Source: a virus
Virus record (IMG/VR): IMGVR_UViG_3300021963_007714
Span: 32,001 to 96,000 of that record
Direction: 5' to 3' (one strand)
DNA: 64,000 bases
Shown: positions 43,279 to 53,026 of the stretch, piece after piece
How positions within the stretch are numbered: the stretch's first letter is position 1
Layout: each line of letters starts with the position of its first letter
Translations under genes and position numbers: made by a program
Notes under the pieces: model-generated
Database searches by the model: none
What the model was told of the DNA's origin: nothing
Seen by the model: the letters and a program-made list of their open reading frames with translations, nothing else

Positions 43279-43307
43279 TTGACAGAAGTCAATCTCTGTC
43301 ATATACT
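43279..43307 (+). promoter_or_regulatory. Sigma70-type promoter
   Basis: TTGACA-17 nt-TATACT. Confidence 0.75.
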
Positions 43308-43339
43308 AACAACTTGTAAACAATTTATAGGAGATTCAG

Positions 43340-43489
43340 ATGTATAAGTATGCTATTTGGGTTCGTATTAATCAGTTTCAAACCGCTAATACTTTTGTTT
43401 TTGCCAATAACGACTATGAGGCCAAAATGCTTGCTGAGGCTCAATATGGTCAGGGCAATGTTCTTAACTACTCACGAGTGTCAGAATAA
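43340..43489 (+). CDS. Small protein (49 aa), not in ORF track
   Basis: AGGAG RBS; MYKYAIWVRINQFQTANTFVFANNDYEAKMLAEAQYGQGNVLNYSRVSE. Confidence 0.75.
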   Translation: MYKYAIWVRINQFQTANTFVFANNDYEAKMLAEAQYGQGNVLNYSRVSE

Positions 43490-43492
43490 TCT

Positions 43493-43885
43493 ATGAGCAT
43501 GCACCTAGAAGGTCCTTGGCTTAGTACTACCGGTAAAAGAAAGGGCAAATTCAAATGGGCTTCTGCCGATGCTAAACGTAGGCAGCAATCTTTAGAAAAA
43601 GAGTGGCAAGATCTAAAAAGCAAGTATAATATAGAGCAAGAAGAAAAGAAAAAGAAACAGGCTTTATCTGCTAAAAAATTAGTTTATAGTCTTAAGCCAC
43701 CACCTGGTAGAACTACTACAGACAATATTAAGAGTCATGACAGCGGTTTAGGTAATGCTGCTAAAAAAGCTACCCCAGTATACACTGGCGATAATGTCAT
43801 GGGTGTTACAATCCTACATAAGAGCTGTCTACAGCCGGTATTCAATCAACAACAAGCTATTGACGCTGCTTCGATGCGTAGATAA
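43493..43885 (+). CDS. Basic hypothetical phage protein
   Basis: MHLEGPWL...VYTG...LHKS..QPVF...MRR. Confidence 0.7.
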   Translation: MSMHLEGPWLSTTGKRKGKFKWASADAKRRQQSLEKEWQDLKSKYNIEQEEKKKKQALSAKKLVYSLKPPPGRTTTDNIKSHDSGLGNAAKKATPVYTGDNVMGVTILHKSCLQPVFNQQQAIDAASMRR

Positions 43886-43914
43886 TTAGTAAGAGATGGG
43901 CTATAAATATCTCT

Positions 43915-44964
43915 ATGAGTAAATTCAATGAGATATTATTAGCCTATCTGGCTTTATTAAGTGGATTAGCCATATCAGGTGTGGCTGTATACTATTCTGT
44001 AGTAGGGCTTACTGCTATATTTGCTGCGGCAGCGATTCCCATCATTATAATGGGGATAGCACTAGAAATTGGTAAAATTGTTGCCACTGTTTGGCTAAAA
44101 CAGAATTGGTCTATATGTCCAAGACCTGTTAAAATATACTTAATAACCGCTATTGTTCTCCTAATGGTTATTACCAGTATGGGTATATTTGGATTTCTAT
44201 CTAAGGCTCATAGCGACCAAAGTCTGGTAGGTGGAGAAATATTAGGACAGTTAGCAATTTATGATGAAAAGATTAAAACTAGCAAAGAAAGTATTGAAAC
44301 CAAGCGCCGTGAACTTAAACAAATGGACGAGGCAGTGGACCAAGTTATGGCACGATCGCAGGACGAAAAAGGTGCAGATAAGTCCATTGCTCTACGTAAA
44401 AGTCAACAAAGGGATCGCTCTCGTATTTCCTCAGAAATTGAGACCGAACAGAAAAGACTTAGTGAACTTAGTAATGAGGCCGCACCTTTACGTGCGCAAG
44501 TTAGGCAGGTTGAAGCTGAGGTAGGCCCACTCAAATACATTGCGGCATTTTTCTATGGTGAAACTGATCAAACTGTATTAGAAAAATCAGTTGTCTGGGT
44601 CATATTGATTTTAATTGTAGTATTCGATCCATTGGCCATAATCCTATTACTGGCTAGTCAAATCAGTTTCCAAAATTTTAGAAATGAAGCCACGACACCA
44701 GAGCCTGTAGAATCAATCCAAACCAATTTACAGCCCACAATCGAGCCATTAGAAGAAATACAATCGGTAAGTAACATAGAGTCAGTTGATCCTTGGTCAC
44801 AGCCACAACAGTCTAGAACCAAGGTAAATTTGCGTAATTTTAAAACGGGCGGATCAGTACTTACTGAATACTATGTTAATATGATTAAAAATGGTAATAT
44901 GAAGACTGCTGATGTTCCATCCGATCTTAGGGAAGAGGTTGATGCCAGATTAAATGAAAAATAA
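43915..44964 (+). CDS. Membrane protein with coiled coil
   Basis: Three N-terminal TM helices, long coiled coil, TM ending VFDPLA. Confidence 0.75.
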   Translation: MSKFNEILLAYLALLSGLAISGVAVYYSVVGLTAIFAAAAIPIIIMGIALEIGKIVATVWLKQNWSICPRPVKIYLITAIVLLMVITSMGIFGFLSKAHSDQSLVGGEILGQLAIYDEKIKTSKESIETKRRELKQMDEAVDQVMARSQDEKGADKSIALRKSQQRDRSRISSEIETEQKRLSELSNEAAPLRAQVRQVEAEVGPLKYIAAFFYGETDQTVLEKSVVWVILILIVVFDPLAIILLLASQISFQNFRNEATTPEPVESIQTNLQPTIEPLEEIQSVSNIESVDPWSQPQQSRTKVNLRNFKTGGSVLTEYYVNMIKNGNMKTADVPSDLREEVDARLNEK

Positions 44965-45361
44965 GGTTACTTTAATTACACCTCCGGATATCTATGAAAA
45001 CAGCAGCAATAGCGTCTTGTTTATCAATGTTCAGGATAGGGACCAAGAGAAGATTACTAATTGGTTGAGCAATTCCGAATCAGAAGATAATATTAATATA
45101 TATTTTTATAGCGGCGAGCAGGAAACTGAATGGTTGCTATATGCTTTATCTAGAGCAGACTTAACATTTTTTGATGTTGATAATCATTGTGGCTTGACTC
45201 AACTTCTTGCTGGTTATATCATTTCAATGAATAAGGTTTATTACCAAACACAGCAAGCAGATATAGGTCAGGTCTATCAACATATCAATAGTCGTCGTGT
45301 ACCGGACATGGATTTTTTCTTAAGCGACGTTCTACAACCTTTCCATATTCCAAATAAATAA
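44954..45361 (+). CDS. Hypothetical protein
   Basis: 135 aa, LITPPD N-terminus. Confidence 0.65.
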   Translation: MKNKVTLITPPDIYENSSNSVLFINVQDRDQEKITNWLSNSESEDNINIYFYSGEQETEWLLYALSRADLTFFDVDNHCGLTQLLAGYIISMNKVYYQTQQADIGQVYQHINSRRVPDMDFFLSDVLQPFHIPNK

Positions 45362-45382
45362 TTTTTTGACTTAAAGGATGAT

Positions 45383-45619
45383 ATGGCGAAATATAAGACA
45401 ACAGTGTTAGGCAACAAAGTTATTAGTGGAGATATGCCCTTTAACACGGTTTTGAAAAAATTCAAACAAAAAGTAGATGACTCGGGTGTTTTAGAAGAAG
45501 TTCGTAGTAGGATGTTCTATGAAAAGCCTACTACAGAAAGAAAAAGAAAAAAAGGTGCTGCCCGTGCTCGTTGGTTGAAAAAGTTGCGTAATCAAGAGCT
45601 GCCAAAAAAACTCTATTGA
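45383..45619 (+). CDS. rpsU: Ribosomal protein bS21
   Basis: LKKFKQKV..SGVLEEVR.R.FYEKPT..RKRKK.AA..R; TAAATA at 45355. Confidence 0.9.
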   Translation: MAKYKTTVLGNKVISGDMPFNTVLKKFKQKVDDSGVLEEVRSRMFYEKPTTERKRKKGAARARWLKKLRNQELPKKLY

Positions 45620-45644
45620 CTTATCTCTTAGTTCATGTTACACT
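45616..45644 (+). promoter_or_regulatory. Sigma70-type promoter
   Basis: TTGACT-17 nt-TACACT, 5 nt before ATG 45650. Confidence 0.65.
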
Positions 45645-45649
45645 ACAGC

Positions 45650-45901
45650 ATGAACAAGAAACTTAAAATTACCTATATGCCTGGTGCCTTTGACAGTTTT
45701 GATGGGACTCAGGAAGAATTAGACGAACTAATCAAACAAATTGAAGGCAGTGTAGAATCTGGAGAAATTTTAGAAAATAGCCAGCCTGTAGATTTAGAAC
45801 GCATGGCTGAAGAAGATCCAGAATTAGCCCAATTACTAACTGAACTTTTTGAAAAACTAGAGCAAGAAGATATTGAAACTAGAAAGAGGAAATTAAATTA
45901 A
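45650..45901 (+). CDS. Acidic hypothetical protein
   Basis: PGAFDSFDGTQEELDELI; start reassigned to MNKK. Confidence 0.7.
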   Translation: MNKKLKITYMPGAFDSFDGTQEELDELIKQIEGSVESGEILENSQPVDLERMAEEDPELAQLLTELFEKLEQEDIETRKRKLN

Positions 45902-46428
45902 TGGCTAAGCATTTAATGGTTGATATGGAAACACTAGGTGTCAGCCCTAGATCTGTTGTACTTTCCCTAGGCGCAGTTCATTTTGATCCAATGGGCGAAG
46001 GATATACAGATTCAATCTATTTTAAGATTAATCTTGATGATCAAGATACTCTAGGACGTGAAATTGACCCAAATACTATTGAATGGTGGGGCAAGCAAGA
46101 TCCGCTGATAATGGAGGAAGCTTTTGATGAAAACGGAAGAATTGGCTTAAATGATGCTCTAAATCGTTTTCATAAGTTTGCCTGGGGTTGTGATGCTTTT
46201 TGGAGTCACGGGGCAACCTTTGACCTTGTCATACTAGAAGACATCTATAGACAGCTAAACAGACCTTTACCATGGAATTATTGGCAACTTCGCGATACAA
46301 GAACACTGTTTGATTTAGGATGGGATCCAGAAATGCCAAAAGATAATAAACATGATGCTCTACAAGATGCTATTAGGCAAAGTGTGGGTGTTCAAAACAT
46401 TTATAGAAAACTAAATGAAAATAGGTAA
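45901..46428 (+). CDS. DEDDh 3'-5' exonuclease (Rv2179c-like)
   Basis: MVDMET, GATFD..IL, RDTRT, HDALQDA. Confidence 0.85.
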   Translation: MAKHLMVDMETLGVSPRSVVLSLGAVHFDPMGEGYTDSIYFKINLDDQDTLGREIDPNTIEWWGKQDPLIMEEAFDENGRIGLNDALNRFHKFAWGCDAFWSHGATFDLVILEDIYRQLNRPLPWNYWQLRDTRTLFDLGWDPEMPKDNKHDALQDAIRQSVGVQNIYRKLNENR

Positions 46429-46681
46429 ATTAGATCGCCGTCATAACGGGCATAATCAATTCAAATATTATGCTCGCTTTCTAACCTTCCAAATGGATCA
46501 GTTTTGTGAAGTAAGAAATTGGTGTTGGCAAACCTGGGGGCCTAGCTCAGAATTAGATACGATACGATATTTGGAATATGGCAGGGATTTAAAGTGGGCT
46601 TGGATCTGCGATCAATACAATGTTAAAATATTTTTAGCCTCTGATAAAGAGTATCAATGGTTTACATTGAAGTGGAAATAG
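46415..46681 (+). CDS. Hypothetical phage protein
   Basis: 88 aa; ends WFTLKWK. Confidence 0.7.
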   Translation: MKIGKLDRRHNGHNQFKYYARFLTFQMDQFCEVRNWCWQTWGPSSELDTIRYLEYGRDLKWAWICDQYNVKIFLASDKEYQWFTLKWK

Positions 46682-46682
46682 A

Positions 46683-47537
46683 ATGAAAATTACCTTAGTA
46701 TCAGATCTACATCTTGAGTTTAGCGACGTCAACCTTACTAACGAACAAGGTGCTGATGTCCTAATCCTTGGTGGCGATATTATGGTGGCACAGGATCTAC
46801 ACGATCATCCTGAACCTGCTAATGCTATAGAGCGATCAATGATTGCTCATGGTCAAGGGTTGGGGCGTAGGCAAGAAAAGGCACAACAGTTTAGAGATTT
46901 TCTAAAAAGGGTCAGTTTTCAGTTTCCGCATGTAATCTACATTGCGGGTAATCACGAATACTATCATGGTAAATGGCCAGACACTATTCAATATCTACGT
47001 GATGAAGTCAGTAGATTTCCTAACATTTATTTTTTAGAAAATGACGTAAAGGAAATCGATGATGTAATATTTGTGGGTGGTACTTTATGGACTAATATGA
47101 ACAAGGGTGATAATACTACTATAAACATGGTAAAGGCTATGTTAAATGACTATCGTGTGGTAAGAGACAGCAACAAGAATTATAGCAAACTACATCCACT
47201 TACCACACTAGGTAGACATCGTGAAACCTTGTCCTATATCAGTAAAGTTGTAGACAGTGACCCTACTCGTAAGTATGTGGTAGTTGGACATCACGCACCT
47301 AGTAAGCGCAGCACCAAACCAAAGTATGAAAAGGACTTTCATTTGAATGGTGGTTATAGCAGTGACCTAAATGAATTTATTGAGGCACGCCCTCAAATAA
47401 AATTATGGACTCATGGGCATACACATGATTGCTTTGATTATATGATTGGATCTACCAGAGTGGTTTGTAATCCAAGAGGCTATGAGGGCTACGAACCAGA
47501 TAGTGGTTGGAATCCAAATTTCACAGTTGAGGTATGA
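46683..47537 (+). CDS. Calcineurin-like metallophosphoesterase
   Basis: SDLHLE, GGDI, GNHE, HHAP, HGHTH, NPRGY. Confidence 0.9.
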   Translation: MKITLVSDLHLEFSDVNLTNEQGADVLILGGDIMVAQDLHDHPEPANAIERSMIAHGQGLGRRQEKAQQFRDFLKRVSFQFPHVIYIAGNHEYYHGKWPDTIQYLRDEVSRFPNIYFLENDVKEIDDVIFVGGTLWTNMNKGDNTTINMVKAMLNDYRVVRDSNKNYSKLHPLTTLGRHRETLSYISKVVDSDPTRKYVVVGHHAPSKRSTKPKYEKDFHLNGGYSSDLNEFIEARPQIKLWTHGHTHDCFDYMIGSTRVVCNPRGYEGYEPDSGWNPNFTVEV

Positions 47538-47743
47538 TAGCAATTAGACTTATGGACATAAAACCCAATGAGGTTTTAGAAATAGTATATCAACTTAAGC
47601 AACAGGGATATAAACAGGCTATAGATTTTGATTTTGCTCATTTTCAGGGAAAAATTTCTCTGGAAGGACAAACAAGAAGTTATACTAACTTTATATTTTA
47701 CAATGAAAAATTAGCCACATATTTTGCTTTGAGATATAAATGA
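47534..47743 (+). CDS. Hypothetical phage protein
   Basis: 69 aa; ends YFALRYK. Confidence 0.65.
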   Translation: MIAIRLMDIKPNEVLEIVYQLKQQGYKQAIDFDFAHFQGKISLEGQTRSYTNFIFYNEKLATYFALRYK

Positions 47744-48021
47744 GATCAAATAAAGAAGAATACTATGAAGAATGGTGCGAGCGTGCTCGAATTTATGAAT
47801 ATGAAATAGCAAAAAATAAGACCACCAAAAACTATGATATAGAGATTATTTTGGAAGAAATGACGTCTCGTCTATTGTCCAAAATGCTACATCCACTCTT
47901 TGACATGATTAAAGATGATAACCTTAAAAATTATGATGGTGATAAGTCTAGAGCAGAATATAAAAAACTATATTTGGATAAAGTGGGTCCTGTGGCAGAT
48001 CACATACAGCTAGATAGTTAA
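47740..48021 (+). CDS. Hypothetical protein
   Basis: 93 aa, start/stop overlap with upstream gene. Confidence 0.6.
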   Translation: MRSNKEEYYEEWCERARIYEYEIAKNKTTKNYDIEIILEEMTSRLLSKMLHPLFDMIKDDNLKNYDGDKSRAEYKKLYLDKVGPVADHIQLDS

Positions 48022-48032
48022 TTTGAAAGTTC

Positions 48033-48061
48033 TTGACCTAATAGCCAATGGCTGTTATACT
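48033..48061 (+). promoter_or_regulatory. Sigma70-type promoter
   Basis: TTGACC-17 nt-TATACT. Confidence 0.65.
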
Positions 48062-48091
48062 AGCTTTTCCTACAACTTTTAGAGATTACCA

Positions 48092-49216
48092 ATGAAACTA
48101 TTAACTTCAACATCTAATCTTTCTTACGCAGACAAGATTAACAAACAGTTTTATAAAAGTATTTCACAATATGTTACAATACCTGATAGATTATCCCAAA
48201 CTATAGGTAGTGATACTTATTATCAGTCATTGTTGGCAGATGCCATTGAGGAATTTAAACTTCGTAATCCACAATTGCAAACATGGTCTGATCTTAAATT
48301 ATGTAGATCTGAATTAGTTACATTGGATAAGATAGTTATTGACATTACACTACAGAGAATGTTGATGATTATTCATGCTCTTAACATATTAGATAGATTT
48401 AAGGCCATTAAGGTAATGCCCATATCTGTATATGTAGATCCACTAGCTCCTGGAAAGTATGTGTGTTGGGATGGTCAGCACACTGCTGTGGTTTTATACA
48501 TCATTTGTAAGATCCTTGGGGCAGATATTTCAAAATGTCTTGTACCTGTAAACATTTATCAAAGTTCTCTCAAAAGTGAAATGCGCGAAAACTTTATGGT
48601 ATTGAATGGTGACGCTAAATTTCCTTTGGATCAAATTGATAAATTTCACCAAATGGTTTTTGGTGTGAGAACAGACAATTCAACAATCCCTTCATGGGTC
48701 ATAGCCGAAGAAAAACAACAAGCACTGGAATCAGTGGGAATGTTTGCTACAAACAATAAGTTTGGGGATACTGATGAGCCAGGTGCCTTATCAAGACTTG
48801 ACGAACTTATGGATCCTAAGTATAATATAGACGTAACAATAAACTTCTGTAAATACTTTTCAGCAATTTGTAAGAGCAGTAGGCCGGTTCAACCAAAAGA
48901 GTGCTGGTTATTTTATGATTTCTTTAGACAGTGCCAAATTGAAAAAATTACAGTTGATGATCACTATATAAATGATATTGCTAGCTCTTTGAAATTAGCA
49001 TTTAACGGAGATTTTGATTCAATTGCCATGTTAGCTAGAGCTAAAACTGCCTACAGAGATTACTATGAAAGTCTACATGGAAGCCTTTTAGGGATTCGAT
49101 ATCCAGAAAAATCTATGGGGTTAACGTTCCTTATTAAGCAGATTTCTAAGTATTCCAATAAGCCCTTGCCAAAAGGTCCTCAACACTGGCCTGTCCAATC
49201 TGATTTCTTGTTTTAA
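48092..49216 (+). CDS. ParB/Srx-like (DGQH) domain protein
   Basis: IDITLQR...PI.V...WDGQHT...F..LN. Confidence 0.6.
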   Translation: MKLLTSTSNLSYADKINKQFYKSISQYVTIPDRLSQTIGSDTYYQSLLADAIEEFKLRNPQLQTWSDLKLCRSELVTLDKIVIDITLQRMLMIIHALNILDRFKAIKVMPISVYVDPLAPGKYVCWDGQHTAVVLYIICKILGADISKCLVPVNIYQSSLKSEMRENFMVLNGDAKFPLDQIDKFHQMVFGVRTDNSTIPSWVIAEEKQQALESVGMFATNNKFGDTDEPGALSRLDELMDPKYNIDVTINFCKYFSAICKSSRPVQPKECWLFYDFFRQCQIEKITVDDHYINDIASSLKLAFNGDFDSIAMLARAKTAYRDYYESLHGSLLGIRYPEKSMGLTFLIKQISKYSNKPLPKGPQHWPVQSDFLF

Positions 49217-49218
49217 TC

Positions 49219-49668
49219 ATGTTTAGACTACCAGAAGATGACAAAAGGAAGTCACTTACTAAAATTAGAAATCAACAAAGATTAAAACTTCTTTGTTGTA
49301 TAGATAAGTGTGGTTCCCCGGTTAGTTTTTGGACAGGGCCGGGGTCTGATAAACTATGCCGTCGTCACCAAATCATGCAAAGGGAATATGGCGGCATGGG
49401 CAGATATGATAGGCCTCATACATTTCATAGAAGCTGGATTTGTTCGAATTGTAAAACTAATATCTTAGAAGATTCTAGAATTTTAGAAAGTGGATTAGAT
49501 GAAAAGGATCAACATGCAGTCGCCAGAATATTAATGCACGGAGATCATAAGATTCGTCCAGTCGATGGGGGAGATAATTCTGCGGAAAATGTGAATAGTT
49601 TGTGTCAGGTATGTCACGCAATTAAAACTATAAAATCCAAAGATCATATAAGGAGTCCGTCAATTTGA
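49219..49668 (+). CDS. HNH endonuclease with Cys-rich N-terminus
   Basis: CSNC, DH.I...DGGDN...N...LCQVCH..KT. Confidence 0.8.
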   Translation: MFRLPEDDKRKSLTKIRNQQRLKLLCCIDKCGSPVSFWTGPGSDKLCRRHQIMQREYGGMGRYDRPHTFHRSWICSNCKTNILEDSRILESGLDEKDQHAVARILMHGDHKIRPVDGGDNSAENVNSLCQVCHAIKTIKSKDHIRSPSI

Positions 49669-49745
49669 TAAATAAATTTATAATAGACCTAATGGCTATT
49701 ATATGGGCATAAGCCAAATTACTCACTTAATAAGGAGAAAAGATT

Positions 49746-51641
49746 ATGAGTAAAGTCATCGGTATCGATCTTGGTACCACCAATAGCTGCGTGGCAGTCA
49801 TCGAAAATGGAAATCCCCGTGTAATTGAAAATTCAGAAGGTGCTAGGACTACACCTAGTATAATTGCCTACGGCGATGAAATCCTTGTAGGAGCTCCTGC
49901 TAAACGACAGGCAGTTACTAACCCAAAAAACACAATCTATGCCAGTAAACGTTTGATTGGTCGAAAATTCAAAGAAGAGGCTGTTCAAAAAGATATTGAT
50001 CTTATGCCATATAAAATCATTGAGGCAGACAATGGCGATGCTTGGGTAGAGGCACATGATCAAAAATTAGCGCCTCCACAGATTTCTGCAGAAGTCCTGC
50101 GTAAAATGAAAAAAACAGCAGAAGATCATTTAGGCCATGAAGTTACACAAGCAGTGATTACGGTACCTGCTTATTTCAACGACAGTCAACGTCAAGCAAC
50201 CAAAGATGCTGGTCGTATTGCTGGACTAGAAGTTCTGCGTATTATCAATGAGCCTACTGCGGCTGCTCTTGCCTATGGTGTGGACAAGACGGACAAAAAA
50301 GATCGTAAGGTCGCTGTATACGATCTAGGTGGTGGTACATTTGATATTTCTATTATTGAAATAGCCAATATAGATAACGACAAACAGATTGAAGTTTTAA
50401 GTACCAATGGTGATACATTTTTAGGTGGTGAGGATTTTGATCAACGTATTATGGACTATCTGGTATCTGAGTTCAAAAAAGAACAAGGTGTAGACCTTAC
50501 AAAGGATGTTTTGGCACTCCAGCGTTTAAAGGAAGCAGCTGAAAAAGCTAAGATTGAATTAAGTAATAGCAGTCAAACCACCGTAAATTTACCATATGTT
50601 ACGGCAGACGCAAGCGGACCTAAACATTTGAACATTAGTATAACCAGAGCTAAATTAGAAAGTCTGGTAGATGAATTAATCCAACGTAGTATTCAACCTT
50701 GTCGTACAGCAATGACTGATGCTGGTGTTCAACCCAGTGATATTGATGAAGTAATCTTAGTCGGTGGTATGACTCGTATGCCTAAAGTTCAACAAGCAGT
50801 TGAAGAGCTGTTTGGAAAGGCACCACGTAAAGATGTCAATCCAGACGAAGCAGTAGCAGTAGGTGCTGCTATTCAAGGCGCTGTTCTTGTAGGGGATCGT
50901 AAGGATGTCCTATTATTAGATGTTACACCATTGAGTTTAGGTATTGAAACTCAGGGCGGTGTAATGAGCAAGGTAATTAAGAAAAATACAACTATTCCAA
51001 CTAAGACAAGTGAAATTTTCAGTACTGCTCAGGATAATCAACCAGCGGTAACTATTAAGGTATACCAAGGAGAAAGAGAACTAGTTGTTTATAACAAATT
51101 GCTAGGTGAATTCAATCTAGGTGATATTGATCCTCAACCCCGTGGGTTACCTCAAATCGAAGTTACTTTTGATATTGATGCTAATGGTATCTTAAAAGTC
51201 AGTGCTAAAGATAAAAAGACCAATAAAGAAGCAGAAATTACTATTAAATCTAGCAGTGGATTGAGCGAGTCTGAAATTCAACGTATGGTAAAAGATGCTG
51301 AAGACAATGCAGAATCTGATAAAAAACAGCGTGAACTAATTGATGCTAAAAATCAAGCAGAAGGACAACTCTATGCCACTAGAAAAACTCTCAGTGAAGT
51401 AGAGGAAAAATTAAGTCAGGAAGATAAAGATAAAATCACTGCTGCTATTAAAGATCTAGAAACTGCTATGTCTGAGTCAGATATGGAAGCAATTAAGACA
51501 AAAACAATGGATCTCACTAATGCCATGTTGCCGGCAATTAATGCCAAACAGGCTGCTGATAAAGAGAAACAGGAAAAACCAGCTACAGACAACAAAGACA
51601 AGGATGTAGTTGACGCAGAATTTACTGAAGTCAAAAACTGA
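49746..51641 (+). CDS. dnaK: Chaperone DnaK (Hsp70)
   Basis: [45 protein letters not shown] tail. Confidence 0.97.
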   Translation: MSKVIGIDLGTTNSCVAVIENGNPRVIENSEGARTTPSIIAYGDEILVGAPAKRQAVTNPKNTIYASKRLIGRKFKEEAVQKDIDLMPYKIIEADNGDAWVEAHDQKLAPPQISAEVLRKMKKTAEDHLGHEVTQAVITVPAYFNDSQRQATKDAGRIAGLEVLRIINEPTAAALAYGVDKTDKKDRKVAVYDLGGGTFDISIIEIANIDNDKQIEVLSTNGDTFLGGEDFDQRIMDYLVSEFKKEQGVDLTKDVLALQRLKEAAEKAKIELSNSSQTTVNLPYVTADASGPKHLNISITRAKLESLVDELIQRSIQPCRTAMTDAGVQPSDIDEVILVGGMTRMPKVQQAVEELFGKAPRKDVNPDEAVAVGAAIQGAVLVGDRKDVLLLDVTPLSLGIETQGGVMSKVIKKNTTIPTKTSEIFSTAQDNQPAVTIKVYQGERELVVYNKLLGEFNLGDIDPQPRGLPQIEVTFDIDANGILKVSAKDKKTNKEAEITIKSSSGLSESEIQRMVKDAEDNAESDKKQRELIDAKNQAEGQLYATRKTLSEVEEKLSQEDKDKITAAIKDLETAMSESDMEAIKTKTMDLTNAMLPAINAKQAADKEKQEKPATDNKDKDVVDAEFTEVKN

Positions 51642-51706
51642 TTTTAGTAATACACTAGGGGTACCTTATAGGGCCCCACTTATCTTACTTTTTAAGGAGA
51701 AATTTT

Positions 51707-52138
51707 ATGACACAAGTAGTACGTTTTGATACAAATGCTTTAAACAGAGCCCTTTTAGGCTTTGACACATTGTTTAATGACTTTGAAAGACGTTTTCAAA
51801 ATCAAATCAATAATAATTATCCACCATATAATGTAATTAAAACACAAGAAAATCATTATGAATTACAGGTCGCTGTAACAGGGTTTGATAAATCTGAAAT
51901 TACAGTAGAAGTAGATAATGATCAACTGATCGTAAAGGGTCAAAGTATGACCACAGAGTATCCACCCGAAGCTTATCTTCACAGGGGACTGGCATCCAGG
52001 GACTTTACTAGAGTTTGGCCTTTGGCTGAACATATTGAAGTTGGTGATGCTAAAATTAAAAACGGTGTTTTGACTATCAATCTGGAAAGAATCGTTCCAG
52101 ATTCAATGAAACCTCGTGTAGTCACAATCAAAGAGTAA
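51707..52138 (+). CDS. hsp20: Small heat shock protein (Hsp20/IbpA-like)
   Basis: NYPPYN, AVTGF, YLHRGLA.R.F, A...NGVL.I. Confidence 0.93.
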   Translation: MTQVVRFDTNALNRALLGFDTLFNDFERRFQNQINNNYPPYNVIKTQENHYELQVAVTGFDKSEITVEVDNDQLIVKGQSMTTEYPPEAYLHRGLASRDFTRVWPLAEHIEVGDAKIKNGVLTINLERIVPDSMKPRVVTIKE

Positions 52139-52143
52139 TCAAT

Positions 52144-52161
52144 AGGGGGCTTGTCCCCCTT
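52144..52161 (+). terminator. Hairpin, probable terminator after hsp20
   Basis: AGGGGG-cttgt-CCCCT; weak U tract. Confidence 0.5.
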
Positions 52162-52181
52162 CATTAACTATAAATATTATT

Positions 52182-52484
52182 ATGTCAATAACTGATGTTA
52201 TACTAGAAACCACTACCTCTGATAAAATCAAAGTCCCAAAAAAATATAAAGTTATATTTTGTAATGACAATGTAACACCTGTTGAATTTGTGGTAGCAGT
52301 GTTAATGAGTGTGTTCAAACATGAACAAAATGCTGCCATGGAAATCACACTAAAGGTCCATAATGAAGGCAGTGCTGTAGCGGGTATCTATAGCTACGAA
52401 ATAGCAGAACAAAAAAGTATTGATGTAATGGCATTAGCTCGATCAAATGGATATCCCCTACAGGTCAAAGTAGAGGCAGAATGA
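52182..52484 (+). CDS. clpS: ClpS N-degron adaptor
   Basis: YKVIFCND.VTP.EFV..VL..VF, VH.EG.A, AEQK, YPL. Confidence 0.9.
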   Translation: MSITDVILETTTSDKIKVPKKYKVIFCNDNVTPVEFVVAVLMSVFKHEQNAAMEITLKVHNEGSAVAGIYSYEIAEQKSIDVMALARSNGYPLQVKVEAE

Positions 52485-53026
52485 ATCTCAAAGAACAAAC
52501 AGCAGACAAACATAGGCAGGCAGAATCTACCAAATTTATGAAGGCAGTGTTCGCACAAACATTGCCAATATCTTTATGGGTAGATTGGACCAAACAAAAA
52601 AGTTTTTTCTACAACAAAATTGAATACTATGCTGGACATTTAGGACTGCTAGAAGATATAGAAGATATAAGACGAAGTTATTATATTTTACAAGATTACA
52701 ATGTAATGAACAGTGGAAATCCATCTTTACATGCCATTAGAAATACTGTATTAGAATACGGAGATTATATAGATCAAATAGGCAGCGATGGCAGTAAAAT
52801 TCTTGCGCATTTATACACTTGGCACATGGGTGACATGTTTGGAGGACAAATGATTAAAAAAATTATACCCGGTTCTCATCTTGCTCTTGAATTTGAAAAT
52901 CCTCAAGCCTTAATGAAAAATTTAAGATCTAAATTATCAGATGATCTCGGTAGAGAGGCTAATACTGCTTTTGATTGGGCAATTAAAATGATGAGGGACT
53001 ATGATGGAGATTTGGAACAAAATTGA
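52481..53026 (+). CDS. hemO: Heme oxygenase
   Basis: LKEQT...H..AE, AHLYTWHMGDMFGGQMI, EAN.AF. Confidence 0.85.
   Translation: MNLKEQTADKHRQAESTKFMKAVFAQTLPISLWVDWTKQKSFFYNKIEYYAGHLGLLEDIEDIRRSYYILQDYNVMNSGNPSLHAIRNTVLEYGDYIDQIGSDGSKILAHLYTWHMGDMFGGQMIKKIIPGSHLALEFENPQALMKNLRSKLSDDLGREANTAFDWAIKMMRDYDGDLEQN

Noticed and set aside
45383-52484. Cellular origin suggested by rpsU, dnaK and clpS
   Set aside because: Embedded among phage structural genes with T4-type late promoters and lacking normal bacterial neighbours such as dnaJ, grpE, dnaG or clpA
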